DNA from: Planctomycetota bacterium
GTDB taxonomy: Bacteria > Planctomycetota > UBA8742 > UBA2392
Reading direction: 5' to 3'
DNA: 46,396 nt
NCBI GenBank assembly: GCA_020847415.1
Contig: JADLBZ010000200.1
Location: forward strand, 1-46,396
Made by a program: the position numbers and the translations under genes. The notes under the pieces were generated by a model. The model was not told the DNA's origin. It worked only from the letters and a program-made list of their open reading frames with translations, and ran no database searches. The stretch's first letter is position 1; each line of letters begins with the position of its first letter. Shown piece after piece: positions 19,749-27,369 of this stretch.

Positions 19749-19776
19749 CAGGGGGTCGCCTGACGGCGACCCCCTG
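19749..19776. terminator. Hairpin between the convergent STAS and HU genes (bidirectional terminator candidate)
   Basis: Perfect 12-bp stem CAGGGGGTCGCC / GGCGACCCCCTG with a 4-nt loop TGAC. Confidence 0.65.
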
Positions 19777-19795
19777 TAAAGGCTGGGGCTACAAA

Positions 19796-20098
19796 CTACT
19801 TCTTGCCCTTCTTCTTGCCGTTGATGCCGTCGCGGAATTCCTTGCCGACCTTGAAGCCGACGGTCTTGTAGGCCGCGATCTTGATGGCCTCGCCGGTCTG
19901 GGGGTTGCGGCCGCTACGGGCGCCGCGCTCACGGACCGAGAAGGTGCCGAAGCCGATGACCTGGACCTTCTTGTCCTTGGTGACGCCTTCCTTGAGGGCG
20001 TCAACGACGGCGTCGAAAGCGCGCTCAGCGGCGGCCTTGCTCTCGAAGCCAGCAGCCTTGTTCTTGAGAATGATGTCGATGAGTTGGGCTTTGTTCAT
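19796..20098 (-). CDS. hup: HU/IHF-family DNA-binding protein with a Lys-rich tail
   Basis: MNKAQLIDII...VQVIGFGTFSVRERGARSGRNPQTGEAIKIAAYKTVGFKVGKEF. Starts at the internal ATG 20098 of track ORF 19796..20161, with AGGAG upstream. Confidence 0.95.
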   Translation of the reverse strand: MNKAQLIDIILKNKAAGFESKAAAERAFDAVVDALKEGVTKDKKVQVIGFGTFSVRERGARSGRNPQTGEAIKIAAYKTVGFKVGKEFRDGINGKKKGKK

Positions 20099-20308
20099 TT
20101 CTACTCCTGAGAGTGGGTCGAAGATCACCTGGCCTGTCCAGGATGATTTTTGTCTTGTCACTTCGCCAACACACTAGCTGTAGTCCGTTGGCAACCGCAC
20201 TAGAGGCAAGCCCCGTTTCCTCGCTGCGTTATCTCCCTTTGTTGCACGACTTCACGGGTGACTTCGCTGCGGGCCGGAACCAATACCCCCTATTCCTTGC
20301 GTGGCGAA

Positions 20309-20337
20309 ACCATATCGCGCTGCCGCCAAGGGGTCAA
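20309..20337 (-). promoter_or_regulatory. Sigma-70-like promoter candidate for hup
   Basis: The minus strand reads TTGACC-17 nt-TATGGT (complement of 20332-20337 and 20309-20314) with an A/T-rich tract upstream. It implies a leader of about 200 nt. Confidence 0.35.
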
Positions 20338-20623
20338 GCAATTCCAGCCCGATTGTTGAAAAAATCGCGCCCGCAAACCCGCTTCAATTCAAGGTTTTTT
20401 CGCGCAGACGCCCGCAAAGCCGCTTGACAGAGCCTCGGAGCGTCTCTATTGGCGAACCCGCACCGGGCATGGATTCCCAGCCCGCTCCCCGTGCAAAACC
20501 TTGCCCTTGGCGGGGAAAGCGACACCGCGCGCGCCCATCCCGCGCCGCCGGCGGCAAGCGACGCACCTGCGACAACGGGCACGCAACGTGCCCGCGTCCG
20601 ATAATCTCCGCGTGCGTTCAGTG

Positions 20624-21229
20624 CTATCGGGGCAAGGTCACCCGCACCACCTTGTCGGCGTGCTCGATCACGGCTTTCACCCGGCGCGTCCACGCCGCCT
20701 GGAACCGCGCATGCGCGCCAGCATCGCCCGCCAGTGCGGGCTTCAGGTTCGCGCTGATGTCCGGCTCGTGGGGCAGCGCATCCGCAAGCGCCTCGACCAC
20801 CACACGGGCCCCGTTGTCGGCGCGCTCGAACGTGACGGCGCCAAAGGGTGCGGCTGTGGCATCAAAGCGCAACAGGTTCTGGCGCGACCAGTGGCCGGCC
20901 AGGCCGCGGAATCCCTCCACGCCGCCGGCGCCAGTGATGTAGCCGATCACCCGCCCCAGCGGGCCGTTGGCAAAAGCGTCCGGCGCCGAGTGCACGGTGA
21001 CGCGCACTCCGCCTCGCACGGGCGTGCCTGTCGGCCACAGCGCCTTCAGGCCCGCGCGGGCCATCTCAAAGGCGGTCGCCACGGTCGGGCACAGGTGGCC
21101 CGCGTAGCGCCCCGCGTCCTCCAGCGTGTACTGGATCGTGCCGCCTTCTTTGAAGCCGAGGAACTCCGCCAAGGGGTCCTTCACGGTGATGGGCGCGGCT
21201 GTCGCGGCTGCACGGTCCAGATCAGTCAT
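20624..21229 (-). CDS. Hypothetical protein, possibly FmdE-like
   Basis: The ATG at 21229 overlaps the upstream stop by 8 nt (ATGACTGA). GHLCPTVATAF resembles the FmdE HxCP motif. The functional call is weak. Confidence 0.55.
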   Translation of the reverse strand: MTDLDRAAATAAPITVKDPLAEFLGFKEGGTIQYTLEDAGRYAGHLCPTVATAFEMARAGLKALWPTGTPVRGGVRVTVHSAPDAFANGPLGRVIGYITGAGGVEGFRGLAGHWSRQNLLRFDATAAPFGAVTFERADNGARVVVEALADALPHEPDISANLKPALAGDAGAHARFQAAWTRRVKAVIEHADKVVRVTLPR

Positions 21230-23246
21230 GGCGGGCTCCTTGCAATGCCTGTTGCAGCTCATTCATCACCTGCGCCAGCGGCACGCCGTTGTGCTCTGCC
21301 GCGTGGGCAATGCTTTCGGCGCCGCCGCAGCAGGCATCCAGCCCCAGGCGCGAGAAAACCGGCACCGTGGCCGGCCAGCGGCGGGCGGCCTCCGCCACGC
21401 TCAGGGCCGGGTCAATGGCAGGCGCCGCTGTTGCCGCTGTGGCCGCCGGCGGTTGCGGCTGGGCAGGGCCGCCCTGGGCGGCCTTGAGGTCCGCCAGCAG
21501 GTTGTCCAGGTTCACTTTCTGCAGCTCACAGGCCTGGCGCAGGGTCACGTTGCGGGCCAGGGTGGCACGCAGCATGGGGTTCTTGAGCAGGGCAAAGCCG
21601 TGCTTCACAAACACGTCCAGCAGGTGGGGCCAGCGTTGCAGCACGGCGCCCACGCGGGCGTCGGCCTCCAGCACCACTTCGCCCGAGATGCTCGGCGGAG
21701 CAGGCGGGGCCACAATGAAGCGCCCCACATGAACCGCCCACAGGCCCAGTGCCACCAGCGCCGCAGTGCCGCTCAGGGGCAGCAGCTTCAAGGCAAAGGG
21801 CACCTTGTCGCTGGTCCCTTCCAGCACGACGCGCGACAGCACGGCGAAGATCAGCAGGCCGAAGATCAGGTTCAGGCGGCTGAGCTTGTTGGGGTCTACG
21901 CCATTCAGCGTGGGCACCACTTTGGCCGAGACGCCCACAATCATGGTGGCGATGAAGCCCAGGGTCATGGCATGACGCAGCGCGCCGTGGTAGCCGTGGC
22001 CGAAGCTGCCCGCCACGCCGGCGATGTACAGGGGCTCCGCCACCCACAACAGCACACCCACGGCAAACCACAGGTGCGCCATGCGCACAAACTTGATGCT
22101 GCGGTCGTTGCCCGTGGGCTTGCGCCATGGCTTGAAGCCCGCCAGCAGCCACAAGAACAGCCCAGCCACGGCAAGCGTGCCCAGCCAGTACAGGCCCTCC
22201 CACATATGGTAGGAGCCGACGCCGGAAACCAGACCGCGCCGCGTGGCCACCATCAGCGGAAAGCAGACGATGACACAGGAAATGGCCAGGTTGAGTGGCA
22301 CGAACACGCGCTTGAAGCGACTCTCGCCGGGGTCAGCAAACCCGAACACCGGGGGCAGGAAACGCAGCATGACGCCGAAGATGATCATGGCTGCCACGCC
22401 GTACAACTGCACCACGCGCAAGGGCTCCTGGAACATGGCCACTTGCAGCAGTATGGCGGCTGCCTCCGGCGCAAATGCCAGGCGCGCGAAGTGCACAGCC
22501 TCAGCCACGATGCTGAAGGCAAACCAGCCTGTCGCCGCCAGCACGTACCAGTCGTAGGCCTCGAGCTTCTTGCCCGAGGACTTGTAGGTGCGGTTGATGA
22601 CCAGGGCGAAGAGGCCCGCCGCTGCCAGCTCCAGCGCGCTTCCCGCCAGGGCCACAGCCGCCGGCCCCGGTCGCGAGTTGGCCTGCAAGTCGTAGGCAAA
22701 CGCCGACCCCAGTACGTGCATGGCCACGCCCGCCACCATGAGCAGGAACGAAAGGCCGGCCAGCTTGGGGCCCCACAGGGCCGCATGTTTGAAGCGCGGC
22801 AGGGCCTGGTAGCCGAAGCCGATGATGAACAGGCCCATGAAGCCAAAGACCATGGCGTGGCCATGGGCGTTGATGAAGCTCAGGGGAGGTCCAACCACGC
22901 TTCCGATGCGCGCCGCGGTGCCCATCAGCACCGTGCCCAGCAGCGCCCCCGGCAGCACAGCCATGACCATGCCCACCAGGAAGAAGGGCCGGTAAATCAC
23001 GTCGCCCAGGCTGGGGCGGTAGTCGGCAGTGGGAGCCTGGTCGGGGTTGCGGATGGCGTCGTCGATCTCGCGGCAGAGGCCGTCGTAATCCACGCCGTGG
23101 GTCTTGGCAAAGAACTCCAGCGTCTCGGAGGGCCCGTGCTCGCCGCCGCAGCCTTTCAGGCCGTAGCGGTCCAGGATGCCGCGTACCTGAGGGTGAGCCT
23201 GCAGCAGGTCCGGCAGGAGCAGGTTCGGATGCAGGGTGACGGCCAT
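21222..23246 (-). CDS. nnrS: NnrS-family membrane protein fused to DUF1858 (N-terminal) and DUF1858 + ScdA_N (C-terminal) modules
   Basis: The ATG at 23246 lies 4 nt after GGAGG. Multi-TM core with NAHGHAMVFGF. N-terminal LLQAHPQVRGILDRYGLKGCGGEHGPSETLEFFAKTHGVD. C-terminal WPATVPVFSRLGLDACCGGAESI (ScdA/RIC N-domain CCGG motif). Confidence 0.8.
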   Translation of the reverse strand: MAVTLHPNLLLPDLLQAHPQVRGILDRYGLKGCGGEHGPSETLEFFAKTHGVDYDGLCREIDDAIRNPDQAPTADYRPSLGDVIYRPFFLVGMVMAVLPGALLGTVLMGTAARIGSVVGPPLSFINAHGHAMVFGFMGLFIIGFGYQALPRFKHAALWGPKLAGLSFLLMVAGVAMHVLGSAFAYDLQANSRPGPAAVALAGSALELAAAGLFALVINRTYKSSGKKLEAYDWYVLAATGWFAFSIVAEAVHFARLAFAPEAAAILLQVAMFQEPLRVVQLYGVAAMIIFGVMLRFLPPVFGFADPGESRFKRVFVPLNLAISCVIVCFPLMVATRRGLVSGVGSYHMWEGLYWLGTLAVAGLFLWLLAGFKPWRKPTGNDRSIKFVRMAHLWFAVGVLLWVAEPLYIAGVAGSFGHGYHGALRHAMTLGFIATMIVGVSAKVVPTLNGVDPNKLSRLNLIFGLLIFAVLSRVVLEGTSDKVPFALKLLPLSGTAALVALGLWAVHVGRFIVAPPAPPSISGEVVLEADARVGAVLQRWPHLLDVFVKHGFALLKNPMLRATLARNVTLRQACELQKVNLDNLLADLKAAQGGPAQPQPPAATAATAAPAIDPALSVAEAARRWPATVPVFSRLGLDACCGGAESIAHAAEHNGVPLAQVMNELQQALQGARHD

Positions 23247-23426
23247 GGGTCCTCCGGTGTGGCATCCACATTGAAATGGGGGGTGTTCGTTCCGTCCCGC
23301 TGTCGCGTCAGGCCGCGACTGGCGCTCGCGACACGCGCCCACCGGGCTTCTGTCGCTCACTGTCGCGGAAAAGACCGCAAGCGATGGATGGAGCTACCCC
23401 TTTATTCAACCGTGATGAACCTCCAG

Positions 23427-23465
23427 TATTCCAGACAACGTTGTCCTTTTATTGGCTATTCCAGA
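23427..23465. promoter_or_regulatory. Operator-like site: 12-bp perfect palindrome flanked by 9-nt direct repeats
   Basis: GACAACGTTGTC at 23434-23445. TATTCCAGA at 23427-23435 and 23457-23465. It sits in the relatively AT-rich divergent nnrS / ODP-like intergenic region. Confidence 0.35.
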
Positions 23466-23554
23466 AAGCGCAACGAGCGTGCACGGGATTCACCTTTGCA
23501 GCAACCAGATAAACCGTATAAAGTGGCAAAAGGACCAAGCGCAAAGGAGTGCCC

Positions 23555-24328
23555 ATGCCCGCAGCCGTTGCTTTCGCCACCGAGGCCACCGTCCTGTTTG
23601 AGCAGGGGGACCACCGCTGGATCTGGCTGGGAACCGACGACGGCGCCGGCGAAGGCGTGCCCGCGAACCAGTACCTGGTGCAAGATCGCGGCCGCGGCCT
23701 GCTGCTGGACCCGGGCTCGGTGCTGGATTTTGCCCGCACCATTTCCAACCTCTCGCGCTTTGCCGAGCCTGCCACGCTGGATTACCTCTTCTTCAGCCAC
23801 CAGGACCCGGACGTTTCTTCGGGCGTGCCCATGTGGGCGGGCGTGACCAAGGCCAAGCTCGTCATGCCGGCCATCTGGGCGCGCTTCCTGCCCCACTTTG
23901 GCGAGTTTGACCAGACGCGCATCCAGGGCGTGCCCGACAAGGGCAGCACACTGGCGCTGGGCAAGTCCGAGCTGCGGGTGATCCCGGCGCACTTCCTGCA
24001 CTCCACGGGCAACATCGTGCTCTACGATCCTGTGGCCCGCTACCTGTTCACGGGCGACATCGGCACGGCCATCATGCCGCCCGGCGACAACAGCCTGTAT
24101 GTGCAGGACTTCAGCAAGCACCTCAAGCTGATGGAGGGCTTCCACAAGCGCTACATGGCCAGCAACGCCGCCTGCCGCAACTTCGTGGAGCGCATCAACC
24201 ACCTGGCCATTGACGCGATTGTGCCCCAGCACGGGCGCATTATCCGCGGCGACGACGTGAAGCGCTTCAAGGACTGGTTCCGCGAGCTGCGTTGCGGGGT
24301 GGACCTGCTGGCCGAGATGTATCGCTAG
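23555..24328 (+). CDS. Metallo-beta-lactamase-fold di-metal protein, ODP-like (oxygen-binding di-iron protein family candidate)
   Basis: The ATG at 23555 lies 5 nt after AGGAG (23545-23549); the track starts at GTG 23549. Metal-ligand-like [26 protein letters not shown] and VPQHGRII. A soluble MCP gene follows directly. Confidence 0.7.
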   Translation: MPAAVAFATEATVLFEQGDHRWIWLGTDDGAGEGVPANQYLVQDRGRGLLLDPGSVLDFARTISNLSRFAEPATLDYLFFSHQDPDVSSGVPMWAGVTKAKLVMPAIWARFLPHFGEFDQTRIQGVPDKGSTLALGKSELRVIPAHFLHSTGNIVLYDPVARYLFTGDIGTAIMPPGDNSLYVQDFSKHLKLMEGFHKRYMASNAACRNFVERINHLAIDAIVPQHGRIIRGDDVKRFKDWFRELRCGVDLLAEMYR

Positions 24329-24381
24329 CGGGGCCAGTTAACGCGACAGCGCGCCACAAGCCAATCGCCACGAGGACGACC

Positions 24382-25284
24382 ATGCAGCCGCAAGCCGAAG
24401 CCGTACTGACCCTGGACAACCCGACGCAGGCCGGTGCGCCGGAACCCGCGCCGGCGCCCGCCCCGGTTGTGTTCCCGGAAGCCTCGTTGCGTGCCTTGGC
24501 GCGCGAGGCTGCGCTGGGGGCGCAGATCCGCACTCTGTATCGGCGCCTGGCCGACCACATGAACGGCCGCCTGGCGGTGCAAGCCCAGGGTCTGAACTCG
24601 ATCAGCGTCACGTTTGACAAGGCCGGCCAGGCCACCCAGGAGGCCGCCCAGGCCACCCCGGAAGCCGCCGACAGCGTGCGCAACATGGACGCCAGCGCCG
24701 CGGAGGTCGAGGGCCGCGCCAACACCGGTGCCGCCCAGTTGCGCGAGGTCGCCCGCGAAGCGCGTTCGGCCGAAGAAAACGTCGCCCGCCTGACCGCCGA
24801 GACCACGCAGATTTCGCGCGTGCTCTCGGGCATCACCCGCATTGCCCAGCAGACCAACATGCTGGCCCTGAATGCCACCATTGAGGCGGCCCGCGCCGGG
24901 GAAGCCGGCAAGGGCTTTGCCGTGGTGGCTGCCGAGGTCAAGAACCTGGCAAACCAGACCCGCGAGTCGGCTGTCGCGGTAGACGCTTCCATTGCGCGGC
25001 TGGTGAATGTGGTCTCGGGCGTGGCGGGCACGGTGAACCGCCTGGGCCAGACCACCACGGCAGCCGCGGAAGAGATGGCCCGGCTGGCCGAGCGCATGGT
25101 GGCCATGCGCCAGGACAGCGCCCGCACCCTGGAAAGCACCGAGAAGCTGGCGCGCATCAGCGACGAGTATTCGCGCCAGATTACTGAGCTGCGCTCGCAG
25201 GTGGCGGGCGCCAGCCGCGAACTGGAAGCCGCCGTGAAGATGCTGGCGGCGGGCCGCGCCGCCACCGCCCACATTGTGGGGTAG
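24382..25284 (+). CDS. Soluble methyl-accepting chemotaxis protein (signalling domain only, 300 aa)
   Basis: The ATG at 24382 follows GAGGA. Highly conserved MCP hairpin tip [37 protein letters not shown]. No TM segment. Confidence 0.9.
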   Translation: MQPQAEAVLTLDNPTQAGAPEPAPAPAPVVFPEASLRALAREAALGAQIRTLYRRLADHMNGRLAVQAQGLNSISVTFDKAGQATQEAAQATPEAADSVRNMDASAAEVEGRANTGAAQLREVAREARSAEENVARLTAETTQISRVLSGITRIAQQTNMLALNATIEAARAGEAGKGFAVVAAEVKNLANQTRESAVAVDASIARLVNVVSGVAGTVNRLGQTTTAAAEEMARLAERMVAMRQDSARTLESTEKLARISDEYSRQITELRSQVAGASRELEAAVKMLAAGRAATAHIVG

Positions 25285-25449
25285 CAGCAATCCCAGCCCA
25301 TGCTGCCGGTTTTCTGTGCATCGTGCGCCGGCTGGGGGACAGGGCGCCGCATCCTCGGCTGCGCGCGCAAACCGGCAACCGAACCGGGCAGGGGGCGCAG
25401 CAGCCAGACCCGACGCCGCGCCCGTCACGCCCGCCGAGGCGCCCGCGCG

Positions 25450-26232
25450 CTACTTCAGCGCGCGCACAAACGCACTTAGAAACAACCGGCGCTCGCCGCG
25501 GAAGAACTCCCCGTCGTCCATCAGTGGCCCCAGGAAGCTGGCCATCTGCGCCGCCACCAGCAGGTACATCACCACCCACAGGGCCAGCACCCGCCCGTGG
25601 AACAGACGCCGATGGGGCCGGTACAGCCGCACGTAGCGATGCATGCGGGCCAGCAAATGAATGCCAAAGCCGATGGCCGCGACCACCACACCCACATGCA
25701 GCAGCACCAGGAATGCGGCTGTGCCGGCTTCGATGCTGATGCTGAAGAACCAGACCACGGGTGCGCAGGCAGCCACGATCAAGCCCGCCGCGGCGCACAA
25801 CAGCAGGGTGCCCAGTGCGGCCTGCGCAAGTGACGGCCGCGCGCCCAGCAGGCACTGGAACACATAGAACGAGGGCAGGCAGATGGCGCCCGAGCCAAGC
25901 ACCACCAGGGGCAGCTTCAGGGCCGCATAGAGCGATTGCCCCGGCCCGGCCGCCGAGCCGATGATGGCGCCGTAGGCCAGGGTGGCCAGCAGGGTCACGA
26001 TCAGGCAGCCCAGGGCGTACCGCGCGGGCGCCTTCTCGTGCAGCAGGTCGCGCGCCACCTGGCCCTGGGCCTTCAGCAGCGCGCCGCCCACCCGCAACAG
26101 GCCCGGCTGGTTGATCTCGAACTCGTCCTGGTCCCAGCGCTGCATCCAGGCGGGCTTCGGCGCGGGCGGGATGGTCCCGGCCTCGTCGGGGCAGCTTGCG
26201 GCTGCGGGCTTGTAGGGAATGGGGTCAGTCAT
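25450..26232 (-). CDS. Integral membrane protein (260 aa), paralog of 26263..26934
   Basis: AAGGAG lies upstream of the ATG. Multi-TM. Shares ALK(L/M)PL...C...ARP..Q blocks with its neighbour. Confidence 0.7.
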   Translation of the reverse strand: MTDPIPYKPAAASCPDEAGTIPPAPKPAWMQRWDQDEFEINQPGLLRVGGALLKAQGQVARDLLHEKAPARYALGCLIVTLLATLAYGAIIGSAAGPGQSLYAALKLPLVVLGSGAICLPSFYVFQCLLGARPSLAQAALGTLLLCAAAGLIVAACAPVVWFFSISIEAGTAAFLVLLHVGVVVAAIGFGIHLLARMHRYVRLYRPHRRLFHGRVLALWVVMYLLVAAQMASFLGPLMDDGEFFRGERRLFLSAFVRALK

Positions 26233-26262
26233 GGTCTGCTCCTTTGCGCCTGAGAATGGGGC

Positions 26263-26934
26263 TCAGGTCCACTGCTGCATCCAGCGCAGCAGCACACGAC
26301 CCACGCCCACGTAGAAATTGCCGGTCAGTCCGCGCGACAGGCTGTAGTAGCCCTCGACGCCGTAGCTGCTGCCGATCCAGGGCCGCAGCACCCACGCCAT
26401 TTGCGCGCCGGTGAACTGGTAGATCAGCAACCAGCCCGCCAGCACGGCCCTGGGCGTGCTGCCGTGCAGGGCGCGCAGCCCCATGGCCAGGTGCCGGGCG
26501 CCCGCCAGGCCGGCCGCGGCCCCGCAGGCAGTGCAGAAGACGTACAGGTTCACGTAGCTGGCGTTGCTTGGGATGGGCGCGCATGCGGCAAACAGGGCCA
26601 GCACCGGGCTGAACGCGCCCAGCACGGTCGAAGTCACGCTGAGGCCCGAGAGCGCGACCTGCAGCGTCTGGGCCGGGCGCGCGCGCACGCCGCCCGCCAG
26701 GGCCAGCACATGCATCAGGGCAAAGCACAGCGCCAGGGTGGCGGCAAAGAACAGGGGCATCTTCAGGGCGGTCAGCAGCAGGTGCACGCCGCCCACGTGA
26801 ATGCCCATGGCAGCGCCCCAGCAGGCGGCGCCGACCACGCCGGCCGCCATCAGGCGCAGGGACGCCCGGACCGGCGTGCCGCCGGAGAGTGCCGTGGCGT
26901 AGCATAGCCGGGGGAACTGGAGCAGCGCCTGCAC
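26263..26934 (-). CDS. Integral membrane protein (223 aa), paralog of 25450..26232
   Basis: GTG start at 26934 with GAGG upstream. Multi-TM. Contains ALKMPLFF...ALCFALMH...ARPAQTLQ. Confidence 0.65.
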   Translation of the reverse strand: MQALLQFPRLCYATALSGGTPVRASLRLMAAGVVGAACWGAAMGIHVGGVHLLLTALKMPLFFAATLALCFALMHVLALAGGVRARPAQTLQVALSGLSVTSTVLGAFSPVLALFAACAPIPSNASYVNLYVFCTACGAAAGLAGARHLAMGLRALHGSTPRAVLAGWLLIYQFTGAQMAWVLRPWIGSSYGVEGYYSLSRGLTGNFYVGVGRVLLRWMQQWT

Positions 26935-27061
26935 GGGAGCCTCACTTTGTGCCGCAAAGTAATCGGCGGCAGGGGAGGTTGCCTTGAGGCGAATTCGCCG
27001 CGAACAGGCTCTATTCCAAGGTCCGGTAAGGTGTGAGCCCGCGTCTTGCAGCGTAAACAGG

Positions 27062-27085
27062 CCGGCCCGGCGAGGGCCGGGCCGG
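27062..27085. terminator. GC hairpin, terminator candidate
   Basis: Perfect 10-bp stem CCGGCCCGGC / GCCGGGCCGG with a 4-nt loop. Followed by TTTGCCGGTTT on the plus strand and CTGTTTAC on the minus strand. Confidence 0.4.
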
Positions 27086-27114
27086 TTTGCCGGTTTCCTG
27101 TCCTAGAAATCGTA

Positions 27115-27317
27115 GGGGCGCAGCATGCTGCGCCCGACGTGCGGCACCAAGCCAATTTGCAGGCGACGCACGCCTCGTCCCCACGGCGCAACAAAATGAA
27201 GCAGGGGCGCAGCATGCTGCGCCCGACGTGCGGAACCAAGCCGATTTGCAGGCGACGCACGCCTCGTCCCCACGGCGCAACAGAATGAAGTAGGGGCGCA
27301 GCATGCTGCGCCCCTAC
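27115..27317. repeat. 89-bp tandem repeat (2 full copies plus a partial third), each headed by a GC palindrome
   Basis: GGGGCGCAGCATGCTGCGCCC starts at 27115, 27204 and 27293, giving a period of 89. The two inter-palindrome segments are near-identical. The third copy forms a 28-bp perfect palindrome GTAGGGGCGCAGCATGCTGCGCCCCTAC (27290-27317). Confidence 0.9.
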
Positions 27318-27369
27318 CAAGAACACATTGAGCCGTCTGGGACAGGACACCAGCTGACCCGCGCCGGCG

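Noticed and set aside
20424-20452. Plus-strand TTGACA-17-TATTGG as a confident promoter.
   Set aside because: The -10 element lacks the conserved final T. No plus-strand gene or recognisable RNA follows. It is kept only as part of a low-interest finding.
26233-26265. The two paralogous membrane-protein ORFs are in the same frame and separated by a single TGA, suggesting read-through or a second Sec site.
   Set aside because: An AAGGAG Shine-Dalgarno and an ATG lie in the 30-nt gap. There is no redox motif around the TGA and no hairpin after it. Sharing a frame has a 1-in-3 chance expectation.
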